DNA of 64,000 nt, taken from NCBI RefSeq assembly GCF_000485595.1, contig NW_014577079.1:104366-168365 (forward strand). The letters run 5' to 3'. Below, in pieces: positions 54,904 to 64,000 of the stretch. Each line of letters starts with the position of its first letter. The first letter of the stretch is position 1. A model generated the notes under the pieces. That model saw only the letters and a program-made list of their open reading frames with translations. It was not told the origin of the DNA and did no database searches. Source of the DNA: Priapulus caudatus (Eukaryota). Made by a program: the position numbers and the translations under genes.

Positions 54904-55573
54904 TTCAGTTTGTAAGGGTCTTGGTTTTTTGATGCTGTTAGTCCTATCTGCTGTGGTTATGACTCGCTAATGGTTAGTACACAGCTTTTGTAGTCTAGGC
55001 GGGTAATTCTCTCACTACGTAAATGGAGTTCCATTAGTTCCTGTTTACAAGCGCTTCCGATATCGTTACCTTCCTCAGGATATTGTGATGTCATCCGCTT
55101 CCTTTAAATTTTATTCGATTTGCACGGGTGTGTCCATATATGTGCGTGTGACTATATTGAACGTGTTTAGCTTTAGGTTCCTGCGTAAAGTTGGTGACGC
55201 AGTCATTGATGATTCATTTTCCCCCTTCTAAGCCATGAACAACTCGAGCCATATAAGTAACTTTGTGTGTAGCAAAAAATGTTCATGCTGGTTTCACTCA
55301 ATTTGTTCGCATCTTTACTGCTTGTTTGCTATGTTTGACTATAGAGGGGTTGCAATCATTGATACCCACCAGGGGACCATTGTCAGAAACGTTGTAGCTC
55401 TGTGATGGTGGGTAGTACTATTATATAAGAGAAAATGGCAAGGTACAATAAGAATTATATTACATGTCAATGTTTCTGTCAGTGGCCCCCCAGGCGTCAT
55501 ACTTGCAGTAGATCTGGCCACATTACCCGAGGTTCCTTAAAAATCATTTAATTGTTGTGTACGTGTTTTGTAG

Positions 55574-55717
55574 ATTTCAAAGCTAAAGAGCCGTATTGTG
55601 GACGTGGCCATTAAAGAGCCATACATGGGTGAACAGATTCCTTTAAAATGGCTGAAATTTGAGAGAGAAGTCACGCGACTGGTCAACCAGGGTGTCAACT
55701 ACTGTTCGCTCCATCAA
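55574..55717 (+). CDS. ROCO-TIR exon 10: Roc-COR junction and start of COR
   Basis: ttgtag| ... |gtatgt. ISKLKSRIVDVAIKEPYMGEQIPLKWLKFERE matches the COR (E..I)PxxWL motif. Confidence 0.92.
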
Positions 55718-56495
55718 GTATGTAAAACGATTTTGCTTACAATAAATGGTTTCAGTTGACTGTGGGTGAAGAAACAGTAATTCATAAAATTGATGAGTAT
55801 ACTACGGGTACGGGAGGTAGGAGATGGTATCAGGTGTAACATAGAAAGACGCAGGAGAAAGGTTTTATGCTTTAAGATCAGGATGTCTATCAATGTAAGC
55901 ATAAGATGGGAGATTGCATGAATAACATATAGAAGGGTATGAGATTACGCTTCCCGTAAGAATGTTCTTAGTTGTCATGAAAATTTTTACCAGTATCTCA
56001 TTGAACTCGGCTGTTAGCGACTTGACTGATACATACAAAAAACTGCGCTACAGCTAGAATAATAGCAAGGCTGTCAAGCTCGTTATTAAGCGATCGTGGC
56101 TAACACGGCCAATCTCGCCTCCAACAGATAGCAGACCAAATTTTCTTATACCAGTATGGGATTATAATTAAGCTCACTTCGTTATCGACACGTAAACGTT
56201 ACCCATACCCTGTTGAAACCGCGTTGCGACTAGAACCATAGCTGCTAAGCCCGTTACTCTGTGACCACGAATAACATGGCTATGGCTGCTTCTCACGGAT
56301 TAGGGAGAACAGGGATCAGGGACAAATTTCCCATTAGCCAGTACGAAATTAAACTCGGTCGTTATCGACGCGCAAACTTGACCCGTACCTTAGAAACCGT
56401 GCTGCAACTAGAATCGTAGCGAAGCCTTCGAGCACATCACTCTGCCTAGCTGGCTCTAGCCAGTGACCGCCGGGGGGGTCGGTTTCTTATCGCAG

Positions 56496-56702
56496 ATGAG
56501 GGAGATCGTTCAGGAGGAGGAGATTGCACTCGAGGAGGACCTCGCGACGATGCTCAACTTCTACCATGACCTCGGCGTCGTCGTCTACGTCGGCGGCGTT
56601 GGCGCCATCGACGACTGCCTCCGCAACACCGTCATACTGCAGCCACAGTGGCTGCTCGACGTCTTCAGGCGCGTCATCACGGTCACCGACCTCAATGACC
56701 AG
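56496..56702 (+). CDS. ROCO-TIR exon 11: COR-A
   Basis: tcgcag| ... |gtgagt. LATMLNFYHDLGVVVY...LRNTVILQPQWLLDVFRRVI is the hallmark L.F.HDLG...VILxPQWL. Confidence 0.93.
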
Positions 56703-57015
56703 GTGAGTCACCCTCGCGGGCCACGTTGTTATGGTCACCGACCTCAGTGAGCAGGCGAGTCGCACCGCGGGGCGCATCGCCACGGTCACCGACCTCAGTG
56801 AGCAGGTAGGTCATCTTGTGGGGCACGTCATCACGGTCCCCGACCTCAGTGAGCAGGTAGGTCATCTTGTGGGGCACGTCATCACGGTCCCCGACCTCAG
56901 TGAGCAGGTAGGTCATCTTGTGGGGCACGTCATCACGGTCCCCGACCTCAGGGAGCAGGTAGGTCTTCTTGTGGGGCGCGTTGTTATGGTCACCGACCTC
57001 AGTGAGCAGGTGAGA
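56703..57015 (+). repeat. 51-bp minisatellite made from the exon-11 3' end plus donor site
   Basis: CACGGTC(A/C)CCGACCTCAGTGAGCAG|GTAGGT... with CAG ending at 56754, 56805, 56856, 56907, 56958 and 57009. Confidence 0.9.
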
Positions 57016-57202
57016 CGCCCTCGCTGGAAACATTAAGACTTTGGTAGTAAATACATATCGTGTTTATTTACCATCATTTTACTACTGAAACGTTCCAAGT
57101 GCCTGTGCACTGTATATTTGATCCTGTGTACATACGTTTTACGCGCGGCGTCAACGTAATCAAGTATGGATGGCAGAAAGTCTGATTGTCGCGCATTTGC
57201 AG

Positions 57203-57364
57203 TGGCCACATTTCATGGATTCATGGGGGAAGCTTGAGCGTGAGGGAATCATAGAGGACCGTCTGCTAGACCATATGTGGGCTGACATCATAGAACAGAA
57301 GTCTGCACTCATAGGCTTCATGGAGAGGTTCGATCTACTCTGTGAGCGGCAGCAACCTACCAAT
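57203..57364 (+). CDS. ROCO-TIR exon 12: COR
   Basis: ttgcag| ... |gtacgt. WGKLEREGIIEDRLLDHMW...LIGFMERFDLLC. Confidence 0.92.
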
Positions 57365-57738
57365 GTACGTACCTATATGTGTGTATGTGTATATGTATGT
57401 GTTTATATATGTGTGTGGACGCACACACATTTGCGCACATACACACACAAGCAAGCACGCACGCACGCACGCACGCATTCACCACACATCACAGAGAGAG
57501 AACAATCACTTTGCTTAATTTGCTTTGTTTTGCTCTGCTTTGTGTTTTGCGTTTGATTTGTGGTTATTGACGTATAATATTCACGACGGAATTAATGGCC
57601 AGATTTGTGGGCAGTTCTGTTGCTTGTATGAAAAATCCTTACATGGTTTGTGCACGTGCTTTCAGCAATGGTGGTAGCCTTGTAGATTTCCTTTATAGTT
57701 CGATAAAATTCCTGGAAAATCTACTTCTCCCATTACAG

Positions 57739-57880
57739 CTAATGGACGAAGAGGAAAAGGATTGGGTGAAAAGCTACTATGTGCCTTGTAGACTGCAACA
57801 GTGTCCGGACACTAATGGCCTCACCACTGCCGGCAAACATGATGCCATTTTCTATTTAGACTTCAATGGATTCATGCCAG
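57739..57880 (+). CDS. ROCO-TIR exon 13: COR
   Basis: ttacag| ... CAG|gtattt phase 1. SYYVPCRL...FYLDFNGFMP. Confidence 0.9.
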
Positions 57881-57901
57881 GTATTTGTAATGTGATATCA
57901 T

Positions 57902-57951
57902 CAGGAGTGTATAATCCCCCCCCCCCAATCCCTCTCTATTATACACTCCTG
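57902..57951. mobile_element. Tiny palindromic MITE with 7-bp TSD
   Basis: CAGGAGTGTATAAT...ATTATACACTCCTG flanked by ATATCAT on both sides. Confidence 0.65.
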
Positions 57952-58944
57952 ATATCATTAATACTAATAATACTCATTGGTATCAAATATAGGTTGTAAG
58001 TACAGTGTTTTAGAGAATTATATGCTTAATATGCTTATATAGTTTCATGCCACATATTTGTTCTATAATGTCATTAATGGTAATTCCTCTTAAATATAGA
58101 TTGTATTTAGTCACTATAGTGTTACAGTAGTCCAAAAATCCGGATGTCAGAAATCCGGACCACGCGAGAACCTGGACTTTTCGAAAGCGCTTAAACATTT
58201 TGAATTAAGCTTTTTTTGTAGTGAAAATTTTTATGCTTACATTTTTGTCAAGTGTTGACTTTATTTTTCTTTAAAACTGCTCGTTTTGATAAATGAAGCA
58301 TGCTGTATTTGATAATAAATAAACTATCAAAATTTACCTGTTCATCTCTTTTTTATTCCTACTTAAATTTAAATTTTAAAAGTACTTCCCGAGAATCCAG
58401 AAGTTCCGAAAATCCGGACTGACCCAATCCCCGAGTAGTCCAGATTTTCGGTCTTTCACTGTATAGAGAATTCTTCCATTGTAGATTCATGCCAGTTATT
58501 TATAGTGTGATCTATGTTACATATATATAGTGTTATAGAGAATTCTATGTTCACAATTTCATAGCAGGTATTTTTGCTGTGTCATAGCAGGTATGTTGTT
58601 AGAAGCAAAGACCTATATATATACCTGCTATATATAGCTTCCAATGATCAGTGGTAATTGCTCTCAAAAATCATAGTTTGTATGGTATATATATATATAT
58701 ATAGAAAAAAACTTCAAGGCTGTGTTGCATGAAATATTTTACATAGTGTGTACACGTATTCTGTCAGATTACATTAAGACATGGTCATCTAATAGCAAAG
58801 GTAAGATATTATATTATATATCATATATTATTGATATCTTATATTATTTTTATTATTGTGCGATTATTAATTTGGTTGTTAGCTATACGTCACTGCTAAC
58901 GATGAAGTCTAGACGTGATACGATGGTACGCACTGCTTTTGCAG

Positions 58945-59102
58945 ATGGCATCTTTCATCGCTTGCTAATCAGAGCTGTGCGCTGGAGTCAGGAGAATGGA
59001 GGGCGGGAGCCGAAGCTCTACTACCGCGTCGCACGCTTCTACGTCAACGACGAACACGACTTCGTGCTGGAGATGTCCAGCTTGCATTATTCACGAATAA
59101 AG
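58945..59102 (+). CDS. ROCO-TIR exon 14: COR-B
   Basis: ttgcag| phase 1. DGIFHRLLIRAVRWSQ...PKLYYRVARF completes the COR P.GxFxRL motif. Donor |gtaccg. Confidence 0.9.
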
Positions 59103-59948
59103 GTACCGATCGTAGTGCGTACGCCACGTCGGTGTAATTCCCGTCTCGGTCAGTGTTGCAGGTGAATCGACATTTTATCGGAAGTTTAACTGTCCTACAG
59201 ATATGTCTGCAATGTACATAAATATATGTATACGTTAATGAGCCAAATACTGGTAAAAAAAGCCAAGGTGGGAAAATAAATATGGTGAAAAGAAGTGCGT
59301 ATTATCATTGAGCAAGAATCGAGCATATTCAGTATGGTCGGGAAAAAACTGTAGGCAGTAAACGTGGTGTAGGTATATACATCTGATTTTTTACACAGTT
59401 TTAATAAGTGCTAGTGCTGCTTAATAAGGTCAGGTGGTAATAACTGTAGGTGGTATTGTAGATGTGAGTAAGAGAACACGTATGTGATAACTGGCAGTCA
59501 GTAGACATGGGTGAGAGTGTATAGGCACGTGAGAGCGCAGTGTGCAGGTACGTGTGTGTGCTGTGTGGTGTGTATTACTAATACGCGCGCAAACACGCGC
59601 CGAGTTGTGGGGCTGTGTGTGTGGGAGGGGCCGTGTGTGTGTGTGTGTGGAGGGGGGCGGGCGTTGTGTGTGGACATGCGTTGTATGTGTGCGGTGTGCC
59701 CGTGAGCGCATTTGCGTGTTGGTATATAGGTCGTGCATGTGCGCGTGCTGCGTTTGCGTACGTTGCCGATGCGTGCGTCGTGCCTGTGCCTGTGCGTTGG
59801 CGTTCCGTGTGTGTGACCGTGCGTGCGTGCGTGTGTGTGCTTTGTGCCGTGCGCGTAGTGTGTGTAGGTTCGTATGTGCGCATGTGTTGTGCGTGCGTGC
59901 GTGCGTGCATGTGTATGCATGTACGTTTGACGTGTTGGGATGTTTCAG

Positions 59949-60050
59949 GTGCTAGTGCTTCGAGTTGCCGTTCTGGATGATGAGGAGGAGCAGGATATGG
60001 AAGTTGGCACAGACAACCTTCCTCCCCCGAAACCCCACGCATGTGCTGAG
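59949..60050 (+). CDS. ROCO-TIR exon 15
   Basis: tttcag| ... |gtaagg, phase 0/0. VLVLRVAVLDDEEEQDMEVGTDNLPPPKPHACAE. Confidence 0.85.
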
Positions 60051-60639
60051 GTAAGGCATCAAGTATTGTTTATTGTGCATAGTCTCTCCTCCCAATACTA
60101 CATTCTTTATATATTCTTAGATTAAATTTTGAGAGGTAGGAAAAGTTAGGAGAAGCTGATGTCGAAACGTTTCTTATTCGTTGCCATGTGGCGTATAGCG
60201 TTAAATATTTTTGCCGAAGCCCTGGAAGCTAACTCACTGGCACCACACGTTTTAGTACAGAAATATTGCAGGCCTCCTGTTTAAATATATTTGTTTGTTA
60301 ATTCGTTACCCAATTGCCTTTGCCTTTCATCACATGATTTGTGTGAAACAATTATTTCCAGTTATTGCTATTGTTCTTCAACGCGAACCTGATTCTGTTA
60401 GTGCTGAATATAAATTTCATAAATTTCAATTCTCAGCTCTGTTTGAATTCCATTGTCGTTTGTAAACTTTCGCTTTCATTTTGGCTTCTCCAATGCTAAG
60501 TCTTCGTCTCGACTTCTATCCGAATGAATGAATCTGAAATCCGCGCCATGGCAACCCTGGAGTTATTTCCGCTAGTGATGGGTCAACGTCACCGTGCAGT
60601 TCCGCATCGCGCTAACGCGCGCGCGTTCCTTCCCCGCAG

Positions 60640-60819
60640 GTGCGCCGCTTCCTCGAGCTCGCACTGCAGGACCTGAAGAAGGTGTGGATGTGGCGCATCA
60701 GCTACCGCACGATGGTGCAGTGCGGCTGCAGCCGCGAGTGCGCTCTGCACCGGCGCGCCGCCTGCACCGAGCAGTCCTGCGTGCACTTCCTGCCGCTGGA
60801 CGACTGTCTGTCGAACAAG
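60640..60819 (+). CDS. ROCO-TIR exon 16: end of COR plus Cys/His cluster
   Basis: ccgcag| ... |gtgagt. VRRFLELALQDLKKVWMWRISYRTMVQCGCSRECALHRRAACTEQSCVHFLPLDDCLSNK. Confidence 0.88.
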
Positions 60820-61088
60820 GTGAGTTAGAGGTGATGAGTGTAAGGGAGGGAGGGGCTGAGTGGGAAGGCAGCATGCGAGGGACCCAGGGTGGGGGAAGGG
60901 ACAGACAGGGTGAGATGCAGGTGGGGGGGGGGCAGAGGTTAAGGTAAGAATGGGGATGCAGGAGTGTTTATTAATAATTAACAGTTGACCGATGTGACCA
61001 CTTTGGTTATCTATTGAGATGGCATAAATTTGGTATATTTTTTCAAGTTTCAATAATGAGTATTTTAATGGAAATTTATATTTCACAG

Positions 61089-61161
61089 GTTGTGAGCTGT
61101 GATCACCGCAGAATTAAAACGGCACCTTTCAGAAAAATTTTCCCCTCACCGACGCCATTTG
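61089..61161 (+). CDS. ROCO-TIR exon 17
   Basis: tcacag| phase 0 to |gtaatt phase 1. VVSCDHRRIKTAPFRKIFPSPTPF. Confidence 0.8.
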
Positions 61162-61547
61162 GTAATTATACTTTTATATTAGTTTGACTATTAATTATAC
61201 ATAAATAACACGTATATAAAGAGATATTGAATTTGAGAAATTTCACACGTTTTTAGAGATATTGAGGTTAAGTCCTGCAGTCAAGTGATTATGATGTCAA
61301 ATTAGATATTAGCTGTATGACCCTCAAGTGAAATTATTTCTTTCCATGAAAATATTTACATTTTTGCCCACGTGGCATGCTTGGTCCAAAACTAAATTCC
61401 TGAGATATTTTTAAAACAACATACCTAATATCAAGAACGCACCTGTACCATACAGTATAGATATACTCATGGTGATATTCATATGTTAGTCAAGTTGTAG
61501 AGTAAAGTCAAGTCAAATAAAAAGACTCAAATCACTTTTTTCCACAG

Positions 61548-61715
61548 TAAAAGATGGGCCCGTTATTGAGGCCATCAGCAAGGCTGTCATAGCCCAGCAG
61601 GCAAGGAACACTGAGTCGGTCGTGACGGATCTGCCGCACTGGGTGAGAGGGGCTGCGAAGATGCTGAACGCCGCCACTCCGGGAGCCGACTGGTCCGCGC
61701 TTGCCAAGAAGCTCG
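61548..61715 (+). CDS. ROCO-TIR exon 18: start of Death domain
   Basis: ccacag| ... |gtaggt, phase 1/1. AAKMLNAATPGADWSALAKKL(G) matches the Death-domain DWxxLAxxLG. Confidence 0.88.
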
Positions 61716-61953
61716 GTAGGTGTTGCCAGTGGCTCACCCTTCTTGGGCTGTTTATGTGCATCGGACCCTCCCCCTTCCCCTCTGGCTTATTTTTTGGTTT
61801 CAGCTAAAAAAAAAAAAATTCTCATCCCAGTGCAATGTCATTGGTCATCACATTGCGCTCGTGTTTTTTGTTCAAAAGAGTTGCCCTGAGTGACACTTAC
61901 GTACAGGCATTGACAGTGTGTTGCGTCACTGAACTCACCTTCTGCTCACGCAG

Positions 61954-62057
61954 GCTATCGTAAGGAGAAGGTGCGTGACTTTGAGGATGACATCAACCCG
62001 GGTCTGGCACTGATCGTCGACTGGGTGCATCGCGGCGGCAACAACGTGGCGTGCGTC
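61954..62057 (+). CDS. ROCO-TIR exon 19: Death domain, truncated by an N-gap
   Basis: acgcag| phase 1. GYRKEKVRDFEDDINPGLALIVDWVHRGGNNVACV, then the gap. Confidence 0.85.
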
Positions 62058-62067
62058 NNNNNNNNNN

Positions 62068-62104
<37 letters not shown>

Positions 62105-63050
62105 GCTCTCGCTCTCGCTCTCTCTCTCTCTCTCTCTCTCCCTGGGGTAAGTTTACGAGTTATTTGCCGTAATTTAAAAGCCTTTTGCGTGAACCTGTCG
62201 CGTTGTGCTGTTGTCACTGTGGCGTGTGTGTGCATATCCCCGTGTTGTGCTGGCTGATGTGCCACCCCCGACCGAGTGTACGGCATAATGCTTGCGTGAC
62301 CATGAGTATACATTTATTTGCACGCATTCGTTGTGTAATTAACATAAGAATACATGTGTTTAAGGTTATGAACATTTGCATGTTCATGGTTGCCTGTATT
62401 AGCATTTATGCATACTCGTGGAGTGCCGTGTGTTCGCAAGCTGCCTCACTAATTCCATGCGTTCAAACCAATCCTTATAGAATCCTTATATTAATCCCTT
62501 AGTAATATATTTTCTATTTCTACATTTCTATGGAATTATATTACTCTGCACCCGTCACCCTACACACCACTGTCACTCTTTCGTTGTCATTTCCAACTGT
62601 AATTTCCACCCTGGCACTCTCCCAATGTCATTCTCCCACTATCACTCTCCTATACTGTCGCTCTCCTCGTCATTCTCCCACTATCACTCTCCTATACTGT
62701 CACTCTCCTCGATTGTGACAATGTTGTAGATGTACAATGCGTGTAGTTTTACGACAAAGTATACCGTGTGTAATCCTACATCTAACTACGGGGAGATTAT
62801 CCATCCATTATAAGACTGTCTATGATCAAGAGTAGATAATAACAAGATGATAACAAGATTGTTATTATCTACTCTTGCTATATTATGTTACTTTTGCACT
62901 GGTTATTTTCGTTTTTACTTCTATACGCGTAAATCTCGTGTCTATTATGTCACTTATGCTCGCAGCATGTTCCTGTTTTATCGTGTTGCTCCCATACACA
63001 TTTTTTACGACCATTCGTTGATGTTTCTGCCCCCCACGGCTGTGTTACAG

Positions 63051-63229
63051 AGGCGGACGTGCAGCCAGCTCAGGTGTTTCTCAGCTACTCCTGGGACGTG
63101 CAGGACCAGGTGAAGGTGCTGCGCACGCGTCTGGAGCAGGCTGGTTTCACCTGCTGGATGGACCTCGGTCAGATGGGAGGTGGAGACTACTTGTACAGCA
63201 AGATAGAGTTGGCTATCCGCGATGCAAAA
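63051..63229 (+). CDS. ROCO-TIR exon 20: N-terminal half of a TIR (TIR_2-type) domain
   Basis: ttacag| ... |gtacat. QVFLSYSWDVQDQVKVLRTRLEQAGFTCWMDLGQMGGGDYLYSKIELAIRDAK. The gene continues beyond the window. Confidence 0.92.
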
Positions 63230-63772
63230 GTACATAAGAGATTAAAACCTATTCAATCAAATCTGTATCTAATTAAAGGTCATGCAGGAAAATCGTCAAA
63301 AAAATTTCCATTCTATGGAGGTGACCACTAACACAGGTTTTACTGTATTTTTTTAATAACTGATGCCCATTATCACTTAAGTTACATGTTACATTCAATT
63401 ATGTGCACAGAGCATATATTCGTAGAACATAAATATAGGATTATGTGAGAAAAAAAACAATTTTATGTTTGTGCTACTGGTTTGTAACTAGTGCATGAAT
63501 GAACTCTCACCAACTCAAATGTTATTTTCAAACATGTAATGAAAGAATGCAATTATATAATTTAATAAATAGGAGCGACTATTCAATAATAATACTAGTA
63601 ATGGGAAGGAATCCATTAACGATAATAACTTTTATATAGAATTTAAATAAAGACCATTACCGTATTTTGTTACTTGCACACTGCACAGTCCCATCCACTT
63701 GGTGGGTTCTTCTTTACGGATCACTTTCCTCCGGGCGTAGATGGAGGGTCACGTGATGTGGCTGCCCTTGTG

Positions 63773-63826
63773 TTAGGATTAGGATCAGGGTTAGGGTTAG
63801 GATTAGGATTAGGGTTAGGGTTAGGG
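63773..63826. repeat. Degenerate TTAGGG/TTAGGA tract
   Basis: TTAGGATTAGGATCAGGGTTAGGGTTAGG... Confidence 0.75.
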
Positions 63827-64000
63827 AAATAAGGCCATTTCTAGCACGGAAGTATGAGTGGAATATTTCTGTGGAAGATGTGGACTTTGAAGCGTACAAA
63901 GTGACTAGTGCTGCCACGTGACGGCACCCTCCATCTACGCCCGGGGGAAAGGGACACCCCTTCTTTACATCGTCTGTGATAATCACGGGTGTATAATGAC

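Overview
Eukaryotic (invertebrate animal) draft-genome sequence with spliceosomal introns, microsatellites, TTAGGG-type tracts, N-gaps and apparent gap-filling duplications. Three protein-coding genes can be reconstructed by hand from GT-AG boundaries and intron phase. (1) The last four exons of a Tiki/TRABD2-family protease (1428-2768, +), with a duplicated FN(D/E)LWVRI mini-exon. (2) A large gene of at least 20 exons (26543-63229, +, running off the window) encoding a kinase-less ROCO protein with the architecture Neuralized(NHR)-Roc GTPase-COR-Cys/His cluster-Death-TIR, about 1,080 codons visible. It looks like a one-chain immune/cell-death signalling switch and has a degenerate G4 motif. 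(3) A three-exon antisense gene (51135-54903, -) nested in the intron at the Roc/COR junction, encoding an unrecognised ~253-aa protein that starts with a myristoylation-like MGGKFSKR. The rest is SINEs, Helentron-associated-like elements, MITEs (including tiny palindromic elements with 7-bp TSDs), a LINE remnant and satellites. Domain calls come from motif recognition only; no database searches were run.
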